DNA from: Amphiscolops sp. MND2022
Lineage: Eukaryota
Direction: 5' to 3'
NCBI GenBank assembly: GCA_964187785.1
Contig: OZ076413.1
Coordinates: 43,216,001-43,280,000 of the forward strand
DNA: 64,000 nucleotides
Under the pieces are notes generated by a model that was given only the letters and a program-made list of their open reading frames with translations, was not told the origin of the DNA and did not search any database. Shown here in pieces: positions 28,501 to 40,500 of the stretch. The translations under genes were made by a program, and so were the position numbers. How positions within the stretch are numbered: position 1 is the first letter of the stretch; each line of letters starts with the position of its first letter.

Positions 28501-31500
28501 GTTTGGAGCATTCTACGTAGTACGGCGACGATATCGGTCAGACGCAGAGCTTCTGCAACATACACAGTACAACCTAACCAAAAAGTATTATTTGCAGTGT
28601 CGAGAAATCAATCCAGGGTAATAGTTCCCGAGAAGTTTCTTGCAGTCGTGGCGTTGGTAACTACACTACACAAATACGAACGCTACAAACCTTTCAATTA
28701 CCTTGACGAGTTTTAGCCCTAATTAAAAATCACACAAAAATGGACATATTGAGCGACGGTCTCAACAGCCAAAGAATAATGATAATCATGGATTTACTTA
28801 CGGAATTCATTGGACAGAGCTATTTCCAACAACGTAGTCGCAGCCTCTACAATGGTTGAATTGACACGCTGAGCAAACTGGCAACATGATGAGTGGGCCT
28901 CTCTTTCAAGCAACGCGCCAACTGAAGCTTCGAGATCCTCCTCATCCGACAACTGATCCAAATTAGACAACTCAGCTAACGCGCCTTCAACGGCAACCAC
29001 AAGCGAAACGACTTCTTCTTCCGATAATTCAGCTGATTACATTAAAGTAAAAGCTGGAATTATTCATGAACACGAACAGTGAAAGAGACAATACAATCTA
29101 AGGGGACGAATTCGCGATCTACCAGGTTTCAGTGTCTTTCATCAGCGTTTCTAGACATCTACATATGCCAAAGAGAATTTGGAACCGAATTTGCTCGAAA
29201 ATAATCCACTCAAAAATCTCATGCCCAAAGAACGCCACCGTTCGAACGTTAAAGATCGCCGAACCCTCTCCAAAAGAAACGAAATATAAATTTAACAAGA
29301 AGGAAAAAACCAACTACGAATACCTTCAAACCCTACAATTGATCTTACAAACAGATCAAGCACGATGCAGCATCATGATCGATGTCCTACTGATTCAACT
29401 AAATCCACCTGGTATTCCGCTAACTAGACAATAGCAACTTCAATCGACAACTATACCAATCGCAACAAGTATTGCTTCCTCCTCTCGTTTTTAGCATCGA
29501 CGAAGAATTGTTTGCAAAGCGCACGGCACTCAACTGCATCCACTGCCGAATAATTACCGAATAAGCCGAGTAATTATATTACGCTGCCACGTTAGAATAA
29601 TTACCGGCGATTTCACAATTATCTTAACATTCTTTTTGAAAGCAGCGCGCACGACTGGATGACGTGGCTACCCTCGCCACATCAACTCTATATTTACTCT
29701 TTACCGATGTGGAACACTCAAAGCGCGACTACAATTTCTTCCTCTCGCTTGCCAAATCGGAAAACGAATTACCAAACTGACTATTCTAGCCATGCAGCCG
29801 AAAAACCAAAACCAATGTGGTTGCTATTACAACATCATTGCTATCTCCATTCAACGAATACAGTCGAATTCAACTTTGCTCATTGGAATGCAGCGTCCAA
29901 TCCCTCCCACAATGAGACGAAACTATTCGCCATCCCCGTCACATGTTCTCTTTTAAAAAAGACCCGGAGTGTCATGCCTGATGCACAAGAAAATTAAAAT
30001 GTTTTCGAAGAAATGATCAAACGTTTGAAGATATACTTCGAAGAACAAAAAATCAAATTTCATCAATGAAGGTAAATGAAAATGATTAAAGTTACTCTGA
30101 AAGTGTTACAAAACTTTAGAATATGCTATGATCAAGGGGAACATTTGAAGGGTAAAAGAAAGAAAAGTTAATTCAAATGGATATGTAAATGGTTTTGTCA
30201 TGTCTGATGCATGAGAATATCGAGTAGAGATGTGGTTAACTGCACAACATCCAAGAAACGAAACAAATCGACAGACAATACGGGAGAACAAACGGAGGGA
30301 AAGAATGTAGTTAACCAAACCACATCATCAAACTTACAACTCAAAACTTTCATTTACACCATTTATATTTAGTTTTCAAATAGCTCCGCTCTTTCTCAAC
30401 CATAATCATACACTTTCAACATGTACCATCCAAAACAATTTCATGATACACTACATGATGTGGATAACACACCATCATCGGAATTCACTTCAATGCAGTT
30501 AGCCATGTAAACATTACTTATATAATCATTTAGTCATACGTTGTTAGTAGCATAACCACATTGCAGTGCTGTACGAATATACCAATTGATGAGTCACGTA
30601 ACCATAGTAACGCAAGTACATTATATTTCAGTGCAGTATCAAACTTAAATTCAAATTGCGCAATTTCTAGTTGAAGTATGAATTAACACCACCAAAATGC
30701 TGCAATACAATTGGTTGATGTGGTCACGTGACCAACATCGACATACTCAATAGCAGGTACCAAAGTGCCACGAGAAGATTTTGAAAAGGTACCACGTACA
30801 GTTGCTAACCACATTAGTATCCAGATACTACCAATCTCAACATTGTCAGTTTATCCTTCCTATTTTCAACAATCAATAAAACTTTATAAAACTCTAGATT
30901 TTCCTTTGTGGTTAATACTAGATCTTAAACAGCCAGAAATACCTCATCGAATATGAACGGAACTGATAGACATAGTGATACCGAGAGCGAAGGTAGTGTT
31001 CCTGGAGTACTCACAAGAGATCAAATGAGAGAATTTGACAATGGAAATTTGCTGCACAGCAGAAATGAGGTTGAACGACTGACCGTAAACCAAAGGGTCT
31101 CAGAAATGAACAAACAAATAATCGAGTTAACGAACCTAGTATTGGTACTTACGGAGAAGATTTTTTCTAGCAAAAGAGAAGGGAACGACCTTAACACGGT
31201 CTCAATTGGACATGAGATTCGTTCCGACAGGTTTCACTTCAACAAAGCATTGGAAGAAACATTTGTGTCCAATTAGAATGTGTCCAAAAGTGCCTAACGG
31301 CTCATCGTGTTCTCACCCTCGAAAATCAACATTGAAACACAACTTAAGTATGTTAAGTATTCTAACTTGAAGGTTCTTTGGAGGTATACATTGCCGAATT
31401 GTACATTGTTGAATGACTAAAACCTGCCGATTACAAAAACGCAATGAAAGGGAGAGACCGCGATTCTATACGAAACCAGAAATTGCCTATTTTACTCTGA

Positions 31501-34500
31501 AATTGAGTCATATTTGGATTGATGGTGAAATTGATGCACACGCCATTTTATTCAAGCAAAATTTGTTCTATTTTGTTTTACACTCCAAAATTACTCTCTA
31601 AAATTACACTAAACTAGTCGTACACCGCATCATACTGCTATATGTTCCACTGAGACACATGTATCACTGATTACTTGTGATATTCTATCGTAATTTTTGC
31701 AACTGATTTAAGATGAAGCTCCATTGTCTGGAAAAATTTTTCGGTGTAATAAAGAGTAGACTCAACAAGGAGTTATCGTCATCTTGCAAGATCTTACATA
31801 TTCTTGGCTCTCTTGATAAGAATCTTGCCAAGATTCTTACCAAGGCTTTTACGAAAATGCAAGATTCCTATCAAGAACGTTGAAAAAGGTACATGTATTA
31901 GAAATGCTTCTTCAAAACTGAACACTGTTCGTATTCCCAAAGTTTTTTCCATTTATAGCACACACCCAACTAGTGATGGAAGAGAAAGAGAAGGTAGACG
32001 AGAGTATGGGAGACATGTGAGCCGGGAACGAAGAACGGAGATGTACTTCGAAGACAAACCATCCCACCGCAACATGACTGGTAATCAGAAGCGAGAAGGG
32101 GTCATTGAGATTGGTAGACGAAACAAGTTAGTAGCCTCAAGCCAGTACTCAAAAAGTGTTCATATTTCCACATTTGATCAGTAATATGAATCTTCTTGAT
32201 TATATAGGAATATGACTAGCCAACTTTTTACTTTTTTCATCTACTACATTTTTTGTTTCACTACATGATTACATAAAACAAGCATATGCTCTCAATATGC
32301 AACAATTTTTAAAGTTTTGGGAATTAAAATTTCATGAATCACAGTAATTTTGAAAAGTACGCAATCGGAATGACTAATTTTTGCGACTTTTTCACTTGTT
32401 CAGTAAGGGTGGAACAGCTGTTAATGAAGACGGGTGGGACGGGGACAGGTATTACTATGATGACCACAGCACCGACCGATACAACCCTGCGCAGCATAAC
32501 TCAGACGAATTGGACCAAGAAGACGACAAACACAACCCACAAGAAGCAGCGAGATACGAAGAAAAAAACTCTGGTTGAAAAACAATGCTTCTCTTGCAGG
32601 GATCTTGCAAGTATCTTTCAAGATCTTGCAAAATAATGCACTTTTTCTTTGGTTTCTTTAAAAGAATCTTGCAAGATCATTGCCTAAAATGTTTTCTTTG
32701 CAAGATCCTTCCTAGCAATGTCTCTCTTGTAAGGAACTTTTTTGGAAAGCATTTACTTGCAAGATGTTTCAAGGAATATATTAACTGGAAGGATTCTTGC
32801 AAGGATTGCATTTTTCTCAACCAGGGAAGAGAAAAAACGAAGAAGAAAGAGATGATTCCGAGGGAAAAGGAAATCGTAATTATAAGTCATACGAATATCA
32901 ATCGGAGGAGAAGGGAAGTCGGAAGCGTGAAGAAAAAAGAGGAGAGAAAGAGGAGTCGAAAAAATCCACAGCGTCTTCGAAACAGATTTCAAACCTCAGT
33001 ACCAGTATGTACTCGACTTCAAGTGGGACAAACGCAAAGTATGATCATCTTCTAATAATCTGGCATTTTGACCAATGCAATTTCCGCATAATCAAATTCT
33101 ACGTCATGCATTTCCAAGGTCAACCAAGTTATTTTTCAGCTCTGTGTGTTATTGAAAAAGGATTGTTAATTATGCTGCCAAACCTGTCACTTTTCGCATT
33201 TATTTTAGCCTTCATCTAGTCTAACCAAAGTTGGCTCGGCTCTGCTTGTTAAGGAAAATATGATTGGTTATTTTTGGCTTTGTTATACTTCTCTTAGTTG
33301 CGATTTTCCCTGATTTGCATTGTAATATTCTAATGTTCTATGGAGCTCGGGTGTAGCCAATACACTACGAAACTTACACAAAAAATTCAAAAAGCTGAAA
33401 TTTGTGACGCGTTGTGGTTCAAGTTTGAAAAACTTCCGTTTCTTTTAAAAACTATGTGGTAATTAGCTACTTATTGTCATTCAACTCTGTGGATATTCAT
33501 GTCCTTATAAGGCTCCCCATTTAATATCCGGTGCTCAGTGGGCATCTTTTTTCTTCCAGGTCGTCTACCTACAACGCCAGCACGTACGAAAACACAGATA
33601 CATCTGAGGACATAACTTCCGCTGTCAGCACTGCCGCTGAAGAGTCTAAGAAGCCCCCCGATTCGGAAGAAAAAAGTAGAGCAGCGTCAGCTACTGCTAC
33701 TGTTTCTAAAAAACAGAGCCGAAAGTCACAGAGATCATCCTCCCGTGAAAATACTTCGGCTGCCCTTTCTAGACGGAACAAAAAAGTAAGAAAAGCTTCT
33801 TCGAATTCTGTCAGTTCTAGATCCAGGAGCAAGTCGAAACACAAAGCAAAGAAACAAGAAGTCTCGTCCGCAAACAAGTCAACCAGTAAAGCAGCAAAGA
33901 TAAGTAAGTCTCCCAAGAAGAGTCCGCGAAGTTCGAAGCAAACTAAAACCAGCGAAAAGTCGAAGCGAGAGAAGACGAGCAGCAAATCGCCGAAAAAGAA
34001 GACTTCACCAAAGTTAGTGAGAAAACAGTGGGATTCACTTATTTACACCAATAATTACATGTATGTGGTACTGTTGATATTTTACAGGCATAATTATTGA
34101 CCGATTACAGGTCTCAAGACCTGACTCCAGGGAAAAAATTTCAGCCAGATCGACATTTTTACTGCGTTAACTTTTTGTGTGTCAAGACAGATATTGTACA
34201 CGGAAAAGGATCCGTTTGTCTACGAAACTTTTTATAAGCTTTCTTGATATTGTTCACCAAGATATGCACCAACACAACAGTTCTACGTGTTCCACTGAAA
34301 AGTTCTCAAGGTTGAGAAATTTCGATTGAAACCATCTGTAAAATGTCTAACCTGTACTGACACGGGCAGTTGCATCTTTGGCCAACTCTTGACCCACCGA
34401 TGGTCAGAGATGGAAACCTAAAGATGGGAAAATCTCGAAGCGGTTAAGGCGAAAGAGAGAAAGATAATTCTATTGGATATAAATACCATAAACTAGTTCG

Positions 34501-37500
34501 GTTGAGTAATGCATCAATAATACCCAATAAAGACGAGGAAGCAGCACAATTTCTCTTCGAGCCCAGACAATCAGCTTCGGCACAAATACTAGAATGGTCA
34601 CACAATGAAAAGGGCTCACGGCCACTGCTATGAAAGCATCGATCATTGTCTCAGTACATTAAAAACAACTGTCCAAGTTTCTTTCGAAGAAAGTCATTTG
34701 ATTGGCTTGCAGCTTGAAACTTAAAACCATGATCCAAATATAAAGATAAAATTATTAATTTGAACAATATGATTTTTTCTTGTTGCTAGGAAAAAAAGCA
34801 AGAGTCGGAGCCCTGCGTCTCCGAGAAAGGGGGCAAAGCGGGGCCAGAGAGGTCGGAAGTCAAACGGCAAAGGCGGGGCGAAACAAAAAGCGAATACAAA
34901 AGCAAAACGTTCTTACTACCCGGGAGACTCCCATAAAGGGAAGAAGAGATACGATTATTCGTACCCCTACTACCCATACCCCGACTACGATGGTAAATTA
35001 CCTCCTTCAGCTTGTGAAAAGCACCTATTTGGTTGCATTCTTAGAGGACACCTTTGAAGTTTTGTGAGAAAAAGCGCTTGATAAAAATGCGTGAATACTT
35101 TATTTCTCCTTTCCTCAAAAAGAATTCTCATTCAATTGTTCACTTTTTGCAGCCTTTACCCAACTTTGGCTCGTTTTCTAAAAAGCTTTCACAGGGTCCA
35201 CTCTTTGATTATTTCGCAATTCTAGGTGAATCGAGAAGAGCCACATGATACAAAACGACCTTTTTTGATTTTTTAAAAAATTTCAAACTAGGGATTTTAA
35301 GAACTTGAAGAGCCTTTTCCGGAACCGTGAATTCTTCAAAAACTTCTCGAGTTTGCTCCAAATCAAACATTCAAAAGATTTCGAATTCTTTGAGCATGTT
35401 GGGTTGTTCAATGTTTGTTCATATCTGAGGTTAAATACATTCATTACATGCTAGGCTACGTAGATGATAGTGAAGAATACGAGGAGGACAGTAGCTATTC
35501 GGGGGAGAAAAACAAAAGGCCGTACTCAGGGTCAAGGTCAGACAAAGCGACAGCAGGTCGTAGATACAACTACGACCAGAAATATTCCGGCTCAACGGAA
35601 CAACGGATGGAGGCGCTTAACAAGAGCCACGATACCAGGTATGCCAGAGTATCTGCTGAATGTTAGATACACTATGTCCACACTTTTGGGCCAGTTATTG
35701 TCATCAGCCTTTTGTTATTCTCAGTAGGGTTTATAAAATTATAAGTAAGCCAAAAAAGCTTGCAAATCCAAATGTGCTCTCTAAAAGTACTTTCGGTGCA
35801 ATTGTGTAGTGTAGCGTTTGTTTCATATCCTTACTTTTCCTTCAGAAAAATTACGGACCCGGTCGAATTTTAAAGTTTTTTTCCTAAATTTTTCGCATCC
35901 ATGACTTACAATTCTTTGATTCTTTTGAAGTTCTGCGATATTTAAGGTTTTTATCATGTGCAATGGCTTGTTCATAACTGATTTCAAAGTTGAAATTTCA
36001 TTGAAATTTTAGAATTTTTTTGGACCAGGTTTGAACCAAGCACCTACGGGAACAAAAAAAATTTTGAATCAAAATATTTAATTAAAGTTTTTCTTTTTAT
36101 TCCAGTATACATGGACAAATGCTTGAGTATCTACCTAATAACATTTATTCTACCCAATTTGGAATGCTCAAGTTCATTCAACAATCGTTCATTCATCTTC
36201 TGGTCTCCTAAAAATGAACAATTCAAGCTAAAAAGGGAAGAAGCAAACAAACAAAAGTTCCTGGATAGGTTTAGAAAGCAAAGCGAGCTTTGTTTTTGAA
36301 ATTGCTTCTTTGTAGTTACTTCTCAGTCATGATTGAAGCTGCTCTGTTTCGCATGTACGGTTGAGCGTAATGTATTCTGCAAATCATCTGTCAAACTGTA
36401 ACGACAAAGATAAGTTATATGATGGTAACTTAACTTAGATGATGGTGGCATTTTTTCGGAGTATGACATTGCTGATGTTGAATATTGCTTTCATATAACC
36501 AAAGAGTAGCAACCATTTAAATGTACACAAAAAGCATCATCAAAAACTGAACAGCGAGACAAAAAAAACGTTCTCTTGGGTCAGGCCGAAGAAACAGTTG
36601 GGTCTTCCACATGAATGTGAGATCCATCAACGTTCACTTTGAAGAGCTTCAAGTACTAGTCGCTCCATTTAAAGTTCTACCAGTGGCAATTTGTCTAACT
36701 GAGACTTGGGGTAACCAAGTTGATGACACCGATAGCCTTTTGCTAAATAAATACCAAAAGCCCTTACATATATCTCGAATTAATAAAAAATAGCGGCGTC
36801 TTTATATATTTTCACGAAGGCTACTCTGTAAAAGAATAAACCAGTGGAGACAACTGTGGAAAATCTTACCAACAAACTTTCTCGAGAATCAGACCAATTC
36901 ATAATTTCATGTATCTACAACGCACCCGCTGTGGGCGTCAAGAAATTCATTGCTGATATGGAAACTATACTCACCTTCCTGAAGGAATACTCAGAGCTAT
37001 CTTGCTTTGTGGGAGATATGAACATCGATCTTTTAAAAGACTCACCTGAACACAGGCAATACATGTTTATTGTAAACGGAAACGGTTATACGCAACTAAT
37101 AAATGAACTAACTCGGATAACTGATAAATCAAAAACTCTCCTTGACCATGTCTTGATCAAAAAGTATGATGAAGGCATCGTGAGTAGTGGTGTGATCAAC
37201 ACAGCGGTAACTGATCATTGCGCCACCTATGTAGAGCTACCTTTTTTAACATCAAATCCACAAGCACCGAAACGGACGAATATGGTCTTTCTTTATTCTA
37301 AAGATAAATTTAACGCTTTTTCTGAGAAGGTTGAAAGTTTTTACGATAACTCCTGGCGAGCTGAGATTGAAAACATCTCAGACAAGTGCTCCTTCTTGAT
37401 ATCTGATCTAAACTTGATCATTGATGAATTTTCAAAGATTGATACACCCAGAAACAAATCGAATTCTCCGCCCTTGTATAATAATTATCTCAGAATATTG

Positions 37501-40500
37501 ATAACCAAGAGAAAAAAACTTTACTTGAAGTACACCCTCGATAGATCTTCAATATCGTATAATGGCTTTCGGTTATATAGAACAAAAGTTTCAAAAGCTA
37601 TCAAAAAAAGAAGAGAATCTACTATGATAACTTATTTAGTAATTGTCTCAAGGACAAGCGTGAGTTTTTCCGTAACCTTAACAATGTCACTGGTAGAACT
37701 TCTAAACATACTATAAAACGATAATTAGCGATGAACATGAATACGAAAAGCCTGAAAAGATTGTTGAGAAATTCAATGAGTATTTCTCAACAAATGGAAA
37801 AACAATAAACCAACAAATAGAGAATTGTACTGAAAGTTATCCGATAAATGAAACTGAAATTTCGATGTTTCTAAAACCCACCAACATTCCTGAAGTCAAG
37901 AAAGTAATCGATAACTTGAACGCTCATAAATCAGCTGGTATAGATAGAATTCCGGCAGATGTCATCAAGAATTGTTGTGATATTTTTGCCCCTCTTCTAA
38001 CAAGTTTGATCAATCTATCATTCTCTCAAGGAACATCCCCAAGCTGCTCAAAAATAGCTAGAGTTTTACCTATTAGCAAAGAAAATGATAAGACTGATAT
38101 GAACAATTACCGACCAATCTCCTTACTATCTATAGTATCCAAGGTTTTCGAGAGAATAACGTACTCTCGAATCATAAGCTTTCTGGAGAAGTTTCACCTG
38201 CTAAATGATTCTCAATTTGGGTTTCGATCTAAGAGATCATGTGTTGATGCAATAGCACACGATGCAATAGCACACATTGTGGAGAAAATAAGAGAGGACC
38301 ACCACAAAACCCTTTAAATCTGTATTTTTCTTGATTTGAAAAAAGCTTTCGACACAGTGGATCATACACGATTACTTCAAAAAATCTACAAAATAGGTAT
38401 CAGAGGAAAAGCTTTTTACTGGCTCCAATCTTACCTGCAACGTAGAACTCAAGTAGTATCTATAAATAATTGTTCGTCGTCTCAAGTGCGTGGCATCAAT
38501 TACGGAGTCCCCCAAGGATCAATTCTAGGTCTTCTGTTGTTCATATTATACATCAAAGATATAATATCTGTCTGTGATAAAATCCAGCCTACATTGTATG
38601 CAGATGATACAAACCTTCTAGTTTCTATGGAAAAAGCTGCCATCACCGAATTCGCTAATAATATGGAACTGAATAGAATTGACATGTGGCTAAAGGTTTA
38701 TTAATTATCTTTTAATCTCGATAAGACGCATTGTATGCCCTTTAAGAAAAAAAAGATAAAAAGATATGATGATTTCACTATGGGATCTGAAACTATCAAA
38801 GTAACTAGCGCAGTCAAGTATTAGGGAGTGTGGACGGATGAGAATCTAAAATTTTGCGAACATGTGGACTATCTTTTGAAAAAGTCGGGTAAACACCTCG
38901 GAGTAGTTGCTAGGTTAAGACATTTTGTGTCAAAGAATGTGTTATTCAATTATTACAACTTCTATGTGAAACCGGTTTTACAGTATGGATTGCTTATCTA
39001 TGGAGGAAATTCTTTTCCTAATTTTGACAAATTGAGTGTCTGCCAACGTAAAATGATCAGATATATCTTGTTCAAGAAACGGAATGCTAGCATAAAAACT
39101 GACATGATTAAACATAATGTACTCTCGTTGACTCAATTGTATTTCTACGACTTGATCAAATTTGCATTACGAAGCGTGAGAAAAGAACTCTCTTCTGAGT
39201 TTTTAAATAATTTGTATACACGTGCCAATTCAAGAGCAACTCAAATGCAGTCCGCATGTAAATATTTGATCCCCAAAGACAACTGGGACAATTTTTCTTT
39301 AAAAACCCGTGGAACTAAACTTTTAAACTTCTTGATAGATCAGAAACTTGTTTCTGATAATTTATGGGACCTCAGTCAGTACGAATTCAATTGTGAAATA
39401 CACAAATTCAAAGATTTTTGAAACTAATCCCCGATGAAAACCTACGTATCTTGCAGTGAAAAACTTCGAAATAGCTTAATGTTTTTTGTATGAAGTGCTT
39501 CTTTATAACACATCCTAACATATGTTTGAAACCCTGAGTGTATATATGATTCTGAGGCGTTATCTTTAAATATGAATAACTTCCTTGTTTAAGTTCCAAT
39601 CGATGTCACCAGTGTGAAGTACTCCATTTGCTTCTGCCACCTGATGCAGAAATCCCGCGTTAGAGTTCTTGGGAGTCTATATCTTTGCTCCCCGTGAGCA
39701 TCGAAGACTCCTGGGCCAGTAAAGTCGGGCATCGGTTGTGCAGAAGCCGCTAAAAAAAGACTAGCACAGCAAGGGTCTGAGATACGTGTTTTCAACCATT
39801 TGTTTTCGGTTTCTGTACTCTTATGATCTTTGAATTGCTCTACGGTCTCCCTTCAAACGCGGAAATGGACTGAAATAAGGTAACCCTAACCAGGAACTCA
39901 AAACGTCTATATAACTTTTTTAAAATGTAAATTTTCTCCTTAAATTCCATTTAATTTTTTTTAGTTAAACTGACATACTAAAACTAATAATTACAAAAAC
40001 TCCGAAACTTGAAATACAGGATCCAGCTTAGATGGCATGAACTTGCCTTTCTGGTTCCCCTCCAACACCAGCTACTCTCTGGCTACTATTGATTCAATCT
40101 ATATTAATTGGTGATTGGAGAAACGTTAAATAATAATCTGAGGTAGAGGAACATAATGGGATGGGACTTTGTTGCACAGGGCGAGCTTCCATCTACCAGT
40201 AGGCACATTTCGCACCCCTAGGGTGAAATATGTCCCCTGCGGTAGAGGTCCTGCATCGTGAGGATATCTTCCCGCCTAGCCCAGTCTGTTGTTGCTAAAG
40301 GCAACAGGCATTTTGCCATCCAAGGACTATCGCTCCAAAAGCTCATAAAAGCAATGAAAACAAGCCCATAAAAAAAACAAATCGTTTTGGAGGGGTACCT
40401 AGCCTAAGGTAAAATCGTAAGCAGTAGTAGCTCAACAATACATACATGAACGACAATTCATTATTGCAATACATTCCAATGGCAGACCACATATCTAAAA

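Larger units (their letters stand above)
7366..31229 (+). mobile_element. Decayed full-length Ty3/Gypsy LTR retrotransposon with nested insertion and accessory antisense gene
   Basis: Two ~1.03-kb LTRs (TGTC...GA[T/C]A) and 5-bp TSD GGTTT (7361-7365, 31230-31234). PBS-like TGGTGACAGGAGCG follows the 5' LTR. Domain order is gag-PR-RT-RH-INT. PPT-like AAAAAAGACCCGGAG at 29955-29969. Confidence 0.93.

Noticed and set aside
24694..29160. env-like gene interpretation of the Gypsy extra region
   Set aside because: The ORFs are antisense and spliced, and no signal peptide or transmembrane anchor pattern is evident.
38246..38275. 15-nt duplication in the LINE RT, and 19-nt tandem repeats at ~41242-41290 and ~57631-57666
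   Set aside because: Ordinary slippage duplications with no sign of function.
39549..39900. Possible minus-strand exon or ORF 39589-39795
   Set aside because: Short, with nearby stops, no recognisable motif and no partner exons.
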